From Marsupella aquatica (taxonomy: Eukaryota; Plantae; Marchantiophyta), in the NCBI GenBank assembly GCA_973895155.1, contig OZ316898.1, positions 3,162,480 to 3,226,479 of the forward strand: DNA of 64,000 nucleotides, in the 5' to 3' direction. A model generated the notes under the pieces. It was not told where the DNA came from. It searched no databases and saw nothing but the letters and a program-made list of their open reading frames with translations. Numbering within the stretch: position 1 is the stretch's first letter; each line of letters starts with the position of its first letter. The position numbers and the translations under genes were made by a program. Positions 1 through 13,342 of this stretch are shown one piece after another.

Positions 1-486
1 TTACAAGGGATCATGCTGATGAATCTTAGAATACCAAACAATGACAATACTATCTGGGAAGATACTCATGCTCCCCAAAGCCATGGGGTCAACACAGTGA
101 GCCCGTCTTACAATTTAGTGAGCACGTCTTAATAAAATTTCGTACCCGCAAGTCCTGCTTGTGATGCATTATCGCAAAACGCAACAATGTCAGTGCGTGG
201 AAAGGGATCCGGTCCACAGGCACACCTATCCACTATAAAAGCCCAAGCAGGACAATTTTAACATATTGAATGCAGCTTGGGATTGGACTTGCGGGTACGA
301 AAAAGAACACTATCTTCTTTCAACAGTGTCGACTACTGTTCATCAAGCTTGAAATTCAACATCTATCAATTTACATATTCAATTACCAGCTTCTGTAACA
401 CGCACCAATATCTACGAGTCAGCATCAACCGTCAAAGCATTCGACTAAACTTCAGCTCTATCTGGTCGTTGTTCCAGGACATGTAC

Positions 487-1304
487 CTGTACTTGAGATG
501 TTTTCCAAGTGCGAGCTTATCGAATTCAGTTGGGACTTCGTAATGTTGAGCTTTGGAGTCCTCGGTATTCACCGCGATGGGCATCTCCTTCAACGCTGCC
601 AGAAATGAAATAACAGGGCAGAACCCTTCGCATCAACTCGCTTCATTCAGCCACACACTAAGATATGTTGTTGACCCGTAACACCAATTCAGTGAATCCA
701 CGGACGTAGAAGGGTTGAATCATCTCTTTCTTTTGAACTCTCTGCTGAGACTCTGTCCTGTCGCAAAGCACATTTCTGCTTTTCCCATTCTACTTACCTC
801 TTTCTTAGACGACCTTCGCCAACTGGACGGAACAGTTTTTGTGGGCTTTGGAAGAAAAAGGACTAGATTAAAGGGAACATGGCAGGACAGGGGAACAGAG
901 TGGAGGAAAGAGCTGACCATAACTATCAATTTCGACGACGAACATTTGCCTGAGCTTTATTCTTAAAGATTTTTCGACCACATCACTTATCTAGGGATGC
1001 TACCAATAACAGAATGCATCAAAGAACGGATTCTTCATTTGTTCACTTGAAAGTACGTTTTGGAAGCCTGCACAAACACACATCTAAATCTACTGGATGC
1101 TCACAGACATTGGGCGAATTGCAAGAGGTCTTGGAGCTGCTTCTCTCCAGTGGGCTGCGTGAGCTCCGTCAGCCGAGACGCGAGCAGCTGCCGGGTGCCG
1201 AGCCGAATCAGCCAGTCTGGGAGTACATTTGTGTACAGAGCTCGCATTCCCATTCGTGCCGCATATTCGGGGGACGCTGCCACTATGGACTTCGACGAGC
1301 CCAT
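487..1304 (-). CDS. SAM-dependent methyltransferase, coclaurine N-methyltransferase/cyclopropane-fatty-acyl-phospholipid synthase-like; first two coding exons (1304-1109, 595-487), gene continues off the left edge
   Basis: Exon 1 MGSSKSIVAASPEYAARMGMRALYTNVLPDWLIRLGTRQLLASRLTELTQPTGEKQLQDLLQFAQ joins through a phase-1 GT..AG intron to SLKEMPIAVNTEDSKAQHYEVPTEFDKLALGKHLKYS. This matches the family pattern LPD..IR...R.LL..RL / MPIA..T.....QHYE.P..F....LG...KYS. Confidence 0.85.
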
Positions 1305-1606
1305 TCTCTCGGATTGAATTGAACTATCCTCCACTCCACTCCAGTGGAACCCAACTCGATCGCACTTCAAGCTGGTAGAAAGGCTGATCGATCAGAATTC
1401 CACCCAGGAAGAAGAACTGCAGGAGGTGGAGAATTCAAGTCTGCATTGTTTCTTCGAGTGGGTTTATCGTGTGCTGAGGGTCATCTGGGCTCAAGACTGT
1501 CTGCTTGCTTGCAGCAACGGCAGTGTGCTGCTGCTCCTTCGTTTCCTGAACTGTATTCGAAGAAAACAGACATTCAGCTCAAGATCGGAGTTCCTTCCTA
1601 TCCTCA

Positions 1607-1711
1607 AACTACATTCGAAGAGAAACACACAGTCACCTTGAGCTCCTCACAACTACATTCGAAGAGGTTTGACACATCAACTCGAGCTTCTTACAACTAC
1701 ATTTGAAGAGG
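1607..1711 (+). repeat. Three copies of a 16-bp motif AACTACATTYGAAGAG, spaced ~44-45 bp
   Basis: Copies start at ~1607, ~1651 and ~1696, upstream of the methyltransferase ATG. Confidence 0.6.
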
Positions 1712-2938
1712 AACACACATACACTCTAGATTGGAGCCTCTAGACGAGAGGAGTGATGAGAGGTGGTAAGTATGGAATCCAGTATGGAATCCAATATGTT
1801 GGAGTGAGTTTCCAGCCACAAATGAGATGTAGTAAAGCACATTTGTTAGGTAGTAAAGTTGGGCGCAAAACACTATTTTAAGGGCCAATGTTTAGGGTTT
1901 AGAAAAAATAAATGCCTCCCTCTATTTTGGAGGCTAACCTATATTTCCACTTAACAGAACAAGAAGCTCTGTCATTCATTGGAATGGGAACACATTTACC
2001 AGCACATATTTTCTCGCACCTGAGATATCATATTTTTACCAAGGTGTACTCTCTAGACTAAAAAAACTCTGCTGGCCTTTCCTCTGCCCAACAAAATGCA
2101 CATCCAACACCGGCAATAGAATTTAGGATCAAATCAATGGTATTTGTTTTTGTAATCTTTATTTTTATGGTAGGTTAAAAAATAGGCATGATAGGAATAT
2201 CTGGTGCAAAAAATTTGATATGGCAGCAGGTACGCACATGCATGCCCCCCCCCCCCCCCCCCCCCCCTTGTACAAAAAATTTGGTATGGCGAAACCTGTG
2301 TGACAAATTTCCTATGGCATCGCGCGATACCTTTGTTGCGAACATTTTTGACCAGGTATTACAAGACAAGAAAAGTCTGGTCTGGTGCAAAATATTTTCT
2401 AGAACACACCTTTGGACTGGAGTTATCGCACGAAACAATGCAAAACAATTTGTATCATAGGAATTGGTGCGAAAAAATTGGTACCGCAGGAAATCATGTC
2501 CACAACTGAAACTTTGAGTGTGTGGGAAAAACTCATTCTTTACTGAGTTGGGAAAAAAAACTACAAAGTTAGTTAAGGGAGCCAATGGAGAGGCCGGAAA
2601 TTAATCCACCTATTCGATGCATTGTTATTAGTAGGACTTCCTGAAATTTGACTTTTCATCGCCGGATACTTTCTGGCCGTCAGGCCCACTCTGTTGCCGG
2701 GAGTTCTGGCCGGCCTTGCATTAGCACGAATTTGCATGCAAGACTCGCCAGGAGTGTAGGAACCAATTACCAGGTCAGTAAGTTAGGTGGCACCCTCAAC
2801 TGTAGTGGGAAGGGGTGATGTCCTTGGGGGTGGCAGGTAGGTGCCATTGCAGAACACGGCACCCTTACATTTACATTGAATGAATTGGGAGTGTAAGGGT
2901 TTCCATCGCAATTCCGTCTCACGTTTCAAGAGTGCTTG

Positions 2939-3165
2939 TACTGAGGGTACTCTTGTTGTAAATTCCACAGACGAGGCTCTTATTGCAGGTGAAGCACTTC
3001 CAGGGAAACAAGACTCCTTGTACTGAGGGTACTCTTACAGTAAATTTCACAGACCAGGCTCTTCTTGCAGGTGAAGCACTTCAAGGGAAAGAAGACACTG
3101 ACCAATTAATGTCGGCCGTCTAATCCTTATTTTATATGTCGAGTGCTTCTACTGAATGTACTCTT
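2939..3165 (+). repeat. Degenerate ~82-bp direct repeat (TACTGAGGGTACTCTT...GCAGGTGAAGCACTTC), two full copies plus one partial
   Basis: Motif starts at ~2939, ~3021 and ~3150. Confidence 0.65.
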
Positions 3166-4672
3166 GTAAACACAGGAAATTTGATACACTGCTTGAACTC
3201 GGGGTACTAAATATACACGGGAAAATATGTCCAGGGTAATGTAGTCCTCTCACAAGTTGGGGTTAATTAGGAAATATATTTACCAACAGAGGATTTGTCC
3301 ACTGAGCATTCATAACACTACCCCGTGCAAAAGATTCCTCCGATATAAGAGTACCCCGACTGGGTCCTCCAGACAATAAGTACACTTCGAGAGATTTTTG
3401 CGTTCCTTTTAGGGCTTGGTACTTTGCTCTCATCTCTATGGCTTCATTAACAATTCACTCTTCCTATTTCTCATGGTGGTCCCGGGCTTGCTTCCATTGA
3501 GAACATAACACCCTTTGGCATTGTCAGGAGCATAGTCGGCTGCATTTCATCGGTGGCTATTGTTTCCTTGCTAAAAATTGACTTGCCTTTTTTACTTTCA
3601 TCTCTTATGGAGGTTGAGAGAGTTTCTTCCCTCTTTCAGGTTCATTTGCAACAGGTGTGGTCATGACTACCGGATCCCGTACGAGCTATATTACCTTCAT
3701 TTTAGGAGTTTTTATCCTTGAACTTATCCATCGCCGAGGCACTTGAAACGTATTGAGCTCAGATTCTTCCTTCTGGAGGGAAGGGTGCAAGAGGGTGGTT
3801 TCAAGACAATCCGGCTACTCCTCATCTGCGGATGTCTTCAGAGGAGTTCTCGACAACCATGCGTCTTTGTATGGGGTTATCCCACCCACTTCTTGGAGAC
3901 TTACCTACTTCTTGCACATGTGGGAAGCCTTGTGATGCCACAAGGTCCATCTTATTTGGTGCAATTGGGTGGCAAAACCACAATTGTTGTTGATGCTATG
4001 ATGGATGCGATTGCTTAGGTTCTCTTTGGGTCTTTGGTACAAATGCAGCGGGAGGTGGTGCTGGCCTAGTCCTCCACCACAGCAATTATGGGTTGATCTT
4101 ACCATGATTCATGATGGTCGGCATACTTTGGCTAATGTGTGGTGATGAACCCTTTGTGTTAAGACATCATTGGGACAGCGGCAATTACGATAGACAGTGA
4201 TAGTGGCTTCATGAGCGACAATGACAAAGAGGGCGCAAAATATGGTGCACAAACTACATTTTATAGCTTCCTCCACTTGCTCTTGAGATCTTTGGGCGTT
4301 TCCATCATCAGTTTGATGGGCTTCTTCGACAGGGTGCTTATGATATTCATGGATGTATGGGTCCCACCAGACCCTGCTATCTATTTTGACCATGCATCTT
4401 TGTTAGTGCATATCAATGACATTCCAGTTTGCTCAAGCTTGAGCAATCTATCGTCTATCTCTCATAGTGGGTGTTAGTGTCCCACTTGCAAATTTAGTCT
4501 TGACACTGGAGGACCAATAACTTTGGCCACATTTGCTAAGTTTGATGAGGGCTGTAGTGAGACCTTAGTCCATACCACTGGTGAAGTGACAGCAAATATT
4601 CCCGGTTCTTTTCCTCATTTTTCATTTATCAAGGTCTGATTTTCCTTCTTTCTTGTTTGGTGTTTATACTCT

Positions 4673-5160
4673 TTGGACCTCTTTTGCTTTCCCTTCATTG
4701 TACTTTGTTTTCTCCCTTTTGTCTAAATTATGGTATCTGTTTCCTTTAGGGGACTCTGGGAAAAAAAGGGGGAAAGAATGAGAGTAACGGTTTTCCTCAC
4801 AAAAAGAAGGAATTCTGACCCAAGTATAGTAACATTGGACCTCTTTTGCTTTCCCTTCATTGTACTTTGTTTTCTCCCTTTTGTCTAAATTATGGTATCT
4901 GTTTAGTTTAGGGGACTCTGGGAAAAAAAAGGGGGAAAGAATGAGAGTAAAGGTTTTACTCACAAAAAGAAAGAATTCTGACCCAAGTATAGTGACATTG
5001 GACCTCTTTTGCTTTCCTTCATTGTATTTTGTTTTCTCCCATTTGTCTAAATTATGGTGTCCTTTTCGTTTAGGGGACTTTGGGAGAAAAAGGGGGGAAA
5101 GAACGAGAGTAAAGTTTTCACTCACAAAAAGAAAGAATTCTGACAAAAGTACAGTAACAT
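4673..5160. repeat. ~162-bp tandem repeat, 3 copies
   Basis: TTGGACCTCTTTTGCTTTCC...TCTAAATTATGGT...GAATTCTGAC starts at ~4673, ~4835 and ~4998. It produces the repeated peptide HNLDKREKTKYNEGK in ORF 4664..5215(-). Confidence 0.85.
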
Positions 5161-5227
5161 GTACTGTACTTGGTATTATTTGAATTTTGGTCACATTCCT
5201 TCGATCCCCCCTCATTCATCGATCGTA

Positions 5228-5630
5228 CCTCGACATTAATCTGCTCTGCATCTCGAAGTGATCGCTCCCGAAAATTGAGATGTGTCTCTGCGAGCATTTT
5301 GCCTGAAGGCGGCCATTCGCCTCAAGCCATCGAGCTCGAAGGAAGGAACGGAAAGCGCCATGGGAGGAGCGAAGATGAAGAGTGAGTTTCTGGATCGCTT
5401 CGCTCCTTTTTTTTGTGTTGATTGTTCCTCAACATTAATTTGCTCTGCATCTCGATGTGATCGCTCCCCAAGATTGAGATGTCACTCTTCGAGCATTCTG
5501 CCTGAAGGCGCACATTGGCCTCAAGCCATCGAGCTCGAAGAAAGGAAGGAAGGACTCGAAGGAAGGAATGGAAAGTGTCATGAGAGGAGCGGAGATGAAG
5601 AGTTGGTTCTGGACCGCTTTTGCTTCGTTT
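5228..5630. repeat. ~200-bp direct duplication
   Basis: CTCRACATTAATYTGCTCTGCATCTCGA...CCTCAAGCCATCGAGCTCGAAG...GATGAAGAGT starts at ~5228 and ~5428. Confidence 0.8.
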
Positions 5631-6189
5631 CGCAATTTTTTTTTGTGATTGATGGAGATGTGTTTGTTGCCGACCGCGTAAGAGAGATTCATAGATTGGC
5701 CTTCCAATGGAAACGGCAGAGCAGCCTTCTTGCCATGATCGTGCTGCTGCTTGGAAAAAGTAGAGTACGTTCGAGATTTGTGAGATAGTTCAGTGGTACG
5801 ACGTCTATGCGGGAAGTGAACAGTGGTGAAACGCTGGACGGCCATTGTTTTCGAAACATGGAGGAGCGGGGTTTGAAGGGACTGCACTCCCTTTCTCTGA
5901 AAAATCTTCATGACTGAGGGCAAAGATTACCTGGTCAATTTCTGCGAAGTCCTTTTGAGTTCAGCCTGGTCGTCGTTGCGTGTAAATGTTTCCTCTGCTA
6001 TTGTTATGTTTTCGAAGCAATGTAAGCACTTGACAGATGCCTTCAATACTCAATGTTTCAGTGGGAAGGAAAGAGTCTTCGTTGGCTCCTTCTTCGTCTT
6101 CGTCTTCGTCTTCATCTTCTTCTTCTGCAACTGTCCCTGGGCTAGAAGGACAACTTCCAACCATATGCAGAAGGAGAGTTCCGGGTGCA

Positions 6190-9100
6190 ATGCTCGATTT
6201 GTGGTGTCTTTGCTTGCTGCTTGTCGCCATTGTTGGGGGTTCGCAAGTTCTGGCTGGTGGAGGAGAAGTCTGGTCTTCTATGCGATTTCCCGATGAGGAG
6301 TTGGGACTTGGCAGTTGGCGGTATTACCGAGGTTGAGATTTCCCCTACTCTTTTGGTTTTGCTATTCCGAGATGGTTTTTGTGGAGTGCTCAGATCCCTC
6401 CTCGCCATCCCCATTTTTTGAAGAGTGCAAATTTCTGGGGCCTCCTAACTTTTGATGGAGCTCCATTCAACTTAGTCAGACACGTACTGTTTGGAATACG
6501 TACTCATGCTGGAAAATGATGATTGAAAAGAGTACATTTTGACAGTATTATTCTTCCCTGAATGTGCGTTGAAGAGGTCACAAATAAATTTCCTTCTGGT
6601 CAGTAAATCGTAGTGGAAACACCTCGGGACACTCAAAACTAACCTTGACAGTTAGATTAGAAGTACTCCAGTGTGAGGTTGTTTTTTCTCCCTTTCGCAG
6701 TTAGACATTGTAAAAAATGTTTACCAGCTTGATCAGCAGGTCCAACCAGAGACCCCCAGGCATAGTCAAAATCCATGCTTGACATAACTTGTCGAGGACC
6801 GTGCACATTAGGAGTATCTTGCTCCCTCCAGTCTTTGTTCGAGAGCTTAGAAAAGGGTTCCCTCCTTGATCAATAAATTGAACTACAGAACCGTTCGGCA
6901 CAGCCGTAACGCTACATCATTTAGAACGATTATATTCAGTGATCTAAAACACGTTTTTGGATGCAGGACAGTTGAGTTGCCTCCAGTGTTCTCTTTACTT
7001 AAAATCTCATTTGTCCAAGATTCGGCCCAAGTAAGACTTCGTCACATTCAGCATTTGAGCAAGTCCGGCAATGAGTAATTACATCGTACAAGGACTCAGG
7101 ACTGAGTGTTTTATGATGAGCGTCTTTAACGTGGTCTCTTTGAATTACTGGTGATGAAGGATGGCAATGGGAGTCCTACCGTTACAACAGGATCTCTCGT
7201 CTGCTTTTGTTTTCATGGACTCCCTCTTCCGGTGGAACCAAGTGAGTTTGTTTTTCCGTTTTATCTTGCGGCATACGAGTCCACTCTACATCTATTTTGG
7301 TGTTTTACATCTACAAATAAGTGGCATTGTTATTACTAGCTCGTTGTTCTCTCTCGTGTAAACATGTGCAGGAACAGAGGCTCACGAAGCTGTGTATGGA
7401 TCAGCTAGTCTGATGTAGGGTGTTTACGTTGTAACACGAGGGTTGAAATTCTGGCTGTAGTTCGTGTTCACCTTTACTTGTGGACTTGAAAGGCACTCCC
7501 GTTGAGATACTCGGTATTCTTTCCCTGATTTAACAGGAAATTCCTTGCTGGAAGCGGCCATAAGTGCTGGTGCGAGTCAGAACGCATCTGCCACAGGGGA
7601 GTGTGGGTGGTTTAACGAGACACTAGTAGTCAATGTCACCAATTTACAGGTCTGTTTCTGTTCCCTATTCGCAAACCAGGTCTGCGAAGTGATGAGATTT
7701 TCTTCAGTTGGCGTACAAAACTATACCGATGTTATCCGAGTTGGTTCATATGTCTTTCCAATCATTTTCTGTTCGGCAGGTGCGGTCTGGACTGCTACAC
7801 GTTGGAATATTTAGTGATCCAAGCCCAACTCGAACTCAATCTAAAATGGTAGGCCTTTGATACTACATGTAATTTGACCTCGTGGTACTTTACTAGATTT
7901 GGTTGTAAAGTTTTTTATAGACGGGCATTGTTTCTGACGGGTTTCTACAGTTCTTAAGTCTCACGCGTAATGTAGGTGTTTTTTTTTAAAGGACATGTGA
8001 TCCGTGCCTGAGTGAAAAGCGTTTAAAGGTCAGGCAAGGAGATTCTCTGAAAATATGTAATGATTTTGTGCCTTCTTGCCGTCATAAATGGCAATTTTTG
8101 TGGAGGATATTGGCAGATAGCTCGGGGGAGAAAATACAGATTTGCAATGGATATTCAGGTGTTCTGGTGCGGAACACAAGCACTTGGGGGTCCTGAGTGC
8201 AATTGGGGAATTGGCTCTCTTCCTCCTCGTGCGTCCTTGCAGTCCTTGTACTCCATGAATACCCCACTGCATGATGACAGATACGTTTTATCATCCAGGT
8301 CTTCAGGGACTCACGAGTTGGGTGCTCAGTCGTATGATAAATTGAGTTCAAAATACACGCCTCCGCCGGAGTCCGAATTATCCGATGGGCCTGGACTAGG
8401 TCTACAACCAGAAGGGGGTGAAGATAAGGATCTGGTCGGTACGAGGAACAGGATGCAGGATGATTTGGAGACCGAAGCCGAAAGATCAGGATGGTCGGAC
8501 TGGATCTCATCGAGCCAACAATGTATTGGCCTGGACGAGAATGAGTTCTTTCGTTTACAGATAGTGGATTTCTTTCAAGAGCTAGAGATCAAATACGACT
8601 GTATTTCTAACGTATCCCACGGAATTTCAAATTGTGAAGAGTTTGAGAGTATGGTGAAGGAGAGTCGAATACCATTGATACACTTGAGACATGGTGCACT
8701 TCCTGGAAGAGACACAAGCGATTATCTTGGAGAACCGAGCACAGGATCTTTAATTATCACAGAACCAAGGCGTGGCCTGTGGTTCTTGGCAATTTTCAAT
8801 CCAATGGTCACTTCAAGGCAAGAAGGAAAGAATGCATTAACTGCAGGGGATGACATTTGCTTACAACTGAAGTGGAGATCCAGGAGTTGTGGACCTAATC
8901 TGACTGGGGACGATTGCCAGTGGCCAGTCCTATTCTTAGAAGTGAGAATTCTGTCCTCGATGACTGGATTTTGATATGTAAAAAACTCTCAATCGTCTAG
9001 TTGTTCTGTGCGCTTGGAAGGAGCATTGAAATGCGGAAAGTCACCAGACTGCCCTCGAACTCCCGTGGATGGTCATCATTGTCCTCTCGTTTACGTCGGG

Positions 9101-12100
9101 AGAATGTCAAACGCCGGATGTAACTATGACATTTCCCGTTTTAGCGTGGTTAGGTGCTTGCTTGAGAACGCATATTTGGTATAACCCAGAGTGCTTATTC
9201 TGTTGTCATGGAGCGTGCTCAACAGCGTCTTAGACTGAGTTTCTTGCATACTTTGGTGGGTGCAGAGAATCCTGAAAGAAGAAGTTGAGTCACCTTTTGA
9301 CTCGTACTATTATCCCGCAACCAAATCGGAATCTTTGGACCGTATTAGTGAATGGTTCTCTCTGGAATCTTTCTCAAATGAATCAACATCCAATATCACC
9401 GCTGAGCAGTGGAGATTCACCATCTTGAAAGTCCCAGATGGAGCAGCTGGGGCAGTTTTGTCCGTTGATGTGAAGACGTTGCTCACAGTAAATACGGAAA
9501 TATATGCCCGATACGAAGGTTGTCCATCAAATAGTACATGGGATATAAAAGTCACGAAGGAAAATGGCCAGCGCTTGTCAGAGCTTGGAAATTATTCCCA
9601 TGGCCTTGGACGACAGGACGTAGATGGGTCTCATTTGCTCATGGCCTCAAAATACCTGACCCTGTCTCTACCTGCTGTCTATCCAGTAGAGGGTCACTGG
9701 TGCATAGGGGTGAAATATTTATCCCACGAGACAAATCTGCACGCAACCGAATTGGATAACTCTCAGTATCCTCATAGGAAGGCTACCAGACGATCTGCAG
9801 TCGATTTGATGCAAAGGTGGAAGCTGTCTATCACCGGTTACGTAGAAAACTTTTCTTTCTTGAAAAAGCCTTTCTCGAGTAAAGGAACAGGACAAATGAG
9901 TAAACCCAGTCCGGGTGATGGTTCGGCCAGAGGCCAGGGAAATCTATCTTCAGGAGTTGGACACGAGATGGAACTAAGATTTACATTGCATGGATGTCCA
10001 AACAAGTGCACAGGTCATGGGATTTGTGAAGTAATGTACGAGGCCAGTCGTCTGCACTTTATTAGGTGCTCCTCTTGTCACTAAGAGTAATCTTTCTGAA
10101 GAATGAATGATTGGTCACAACTTACCGCAGAATTCTTACAAAATATAAGGTCCTTATATTTTGTAAGAATGCCAAGCATAGAAATATGCTTTTTGTCAGT
10201 CGTCATGTTACAGCTACTCATGCCAGGTAGTTTTCGTATTTGCAGCTATTGTCATTGTGATGTTACACATGGAGGCTTCGACTGTTCAGAAGGCGTTTTG
10301 GGACCTTGGAGTGAGCTCTTAACTCTAACTTTTCGTTCTGGACATTCCGCACACTATATTTCCTGGAGCTGAGCTTGGATATTTTTGGAACGAGGTGTTG
10401 GCTGACACCTTCCCTTTATACCAAAGCACCTCAAGTATCCGTACTGATGCTGTTGGAAAATATTCAGATGAGTACAGTCAACTTTTTCTGCTCATCTTCT
10501 CGAATGCAGCAGCAATCCTACCCAGTGCATGGGCTTTGCGTCACAAGGTTAGAAAACGTTGCTGCTTAAATTTGGCTGTTTATTCTTTAATATTGAATTC
10601 GAGTCGATATGATATAAGGTAATAATTGTTCTTTTTATTAGTTTTCTCACGTATGGATAATATTAATTATTGCCTGTAATTTGTCATGAACAGGCCTACT
10701 CGGAATGGATTACGTTCACACTTAGTGGAATTTGTAGTGCAACCTACCACTCGTGTGATGCAGGAGGCTGGTGTGCCATGTCCTACTCCACCTTGCAGGT
10801 TTGAAAAATCTCCTTTTCCTGTCTCGTGATAATAAACGCTGGGTTCGCTGGTTCATGGCCCAATCCGTGAAGAATTAACACTTATTCAATATTCTGCTTA
10901 GTGTTACGGCGCATAGTAAATTTTGATCTCTGTGAGGAATGTGGGTAATACTGAGACGATGGGCCTCATATATCCAAATTTTTCCGCAACAGTCTTTTGC
11001 CTGTCCACATGGACGAGTATATATTGAGTTGAGTCACTGCAATCATGATTTTGACATAGACCAAGTAGTACATTTTAATATATGGATCATTCAAATGTCT
11101 CCTGGCTTTGTGCAGTTTCTCGATTTTTGGCTTTCATTTGTGGCAATAATTATGACTTGCCTCCTCCTCGCCGGATTTTATGGTCCTACCAAAGCAATGC
11201 TGCATATTGGCTGTTCTGTCTTAACCGCTGCTGTTGCAAAAGAGGATGCCACCAGGTAAAATTTCTTCATGGTCCTGTTTCATGAGGAGTGTGTTTACAT
11301 CCGGACAACCGCAAGGCCATGTTGCGGGCCTACTCTTTCTTGAGCCGTATTTGTTTTATGTATAATTCCTTCAAGTACTTCCTAGATAGACCGTCGATGG
11401 TTTTTCCCATCTTCTGCGTTTTCACCCCGTTCACATGCGTCTGAGTATTTGGTAGTGTTGGATAGGTTAAGCAGGCTGATATTTATTCTCCATGTGCCAT
11501 GAGAGTAGTATGTCAACATTTTCATACAATGCTCTACTGGACATTCTTCGGTGATCGGCTGGAGGATGAATGTCAGTGTCTGATTACACACGAGTGAGTT
11601 AGAATTATCCCACAAGTTGGTCTTGCCGTGGATTATGTTTTGATCAGTTAATGTCGCCTTTGTGTCACGCAGTGGGTGGAGTATCGTTGTGGTGGTATTA
11701 ATCAGCAGTATTGGACTTTTACTGGGATGGGGACTAGAGACTCAAAAAATATCTTCTCTGCGACTTAGACTGTCTGCTTCCACTACTGGAGCCAGGGCAG
11801 CTTGGTTTCAAACGGGTCAAAGGTAATAACTTGGCTAAATCTTGTGACGTTCTCTGTTTGGAGCACTAGTAATGAGAAAAGTTTTGGACTGCTGAATATG
11901 TTTGTCATATCTAGTGTATGATCTATCTCATCTAGGTATTGGAGAGGTAGAGGGTTATATTCAGGGGTATGCTCAGAACGGGGGTCATTTCTTGAGTTGA
12001 TATCACAATATGCAACTAGGTGGGTCGCTCCTCATATATGGGCTTCAAGAAGGATATAGGTATGCTTTGGACTGATCCATAGTGCGAGCTTGTGCAGGCT

Positions 12101-12587
12101 TGTTCGGTCATTTTTCAGGCAACTTAGGGACAGATTTCGTTGGCCCTACCTTTTCTTGGGACTTGCCCTCCTTTTGAGTGCCTTGATCAGCAATCTCATG
12201 GAGTCCCCAGAAACATATTGGATCTTGCACAGGTATGTACCGCTTTTCTCGTTTGGCTCACATGTTGAATGACAAGTGTTTATGAAAAGGAGTTGCCTTA
12301 GGTAGCTTAGATGTTGTGAGCTTTCCTAATTTATTTTGTGATCTGGAATGAAGAGCCTTGAGAAATGTGGTGTGTGCAGCTGGTGGCACATCGGTATATA
12401 CTCGTCAGCATTTATCCTCCTACACTCAATTATGAATGTAGATGGACTATTGTCTAGGAGAGTAGATGATTTGGAGGAGTATCAACATATTTCAACCGCC
12501 CAAAGACAGGACGAGGATCTCATTACTGATTCTCATGACGTCCTGGTATCAGAGTTGGATACCTTTCCAGACAGTCGTATCCATTGA
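6190..12587 (+). CDS. TMEM8/PGAP6-like membrane protein (signal peptide, EGF-like domain, DUF3522/CREST-type multi-TM domain), multi-exon
   Basis: Signal-peptide exon MLDLWCLCLLLVAIVGG...WRYYR (6190-6331) splices to VELPPVFS (6972), then LVCFCFHGLPLP, VNVTNLQ, HVGIFSDPSPTRTQSKM and IARGRKYRF. Later exons give EGF-like GCPNKCTGHGIC..YCHCDVTHGGFDCS, then FSNAAAILP, CSATYHSCD, QFLDFWLS and YWILHSWWH; stop at 12587. Confidence 0.88.
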
Positions 12588-13342
12588 ATCATCTAAGTTA
12601 AAGAAACTTTCTCGCTCCATGAGGACGAATGAAACTTGAATAATTGTCAAATTTGCACTGCCTATGTTCCGTTGCTGCTCTGTAGATTTTAATACGATAT
12701 CCGATGTCGTCTCCAACTCGTTGTGGTCTGCTTCTCTTTTTTCACTCTAGTGAACATTTCACCAGTCATCCCGAAGAGTTTTCCCGAGATTTGTGTGAAA
12801 CCAAACATGTCCACGAAAAGAAATTTATTAATTCAACTTGTGGCTTGTGTCAACGTCGCTGATGCTACAGACCCATATCCAACAGTTAGGTACTCCAAGT
12901 TTGAGATGTAAAGTTTTGGAATTCAGCATTCTGGAAGGGATTTGTAAAACTAGCAATGAAGACTGAGCTGATGATTCAATCCTGCGGAACAAAAAATGTC
13001 TGCCAGCACATGTGCCAAGACAGTGCAGCATCATGTATTTCTCAATGATTTTAGGTACAGCCTAAAAATTGATCCCTGCCTAAAGTTCGATTGAAGTATC
13101 TTGCTGCTACGTTGATGGCTCCACTTGCAATGCAGCCGCCATTTGGAAACATTAAAGAATGTGAGTTTGATGTAGTTTCCAAACTAGGAGATGTTCAGAT
13201 GCACCACTCTGTTACACGGTAGGTCCTGTTTAGATAGACCACGAATGGCATCGGATGCACAGATTCTTCCCGCTAAGGTAAGAAAATCCTACTGTTATCA
13301 TTTAGTACTTCATTATGAGGAAAGAAGGATTAGACAAATGAT

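Noticed and set aside
1607-1711. Short repeat with unique-looking spacers (CRISPR-like)
   Set aside because: Only three 16-bp copies, in a spliced eukaryotic context with no cas genes.
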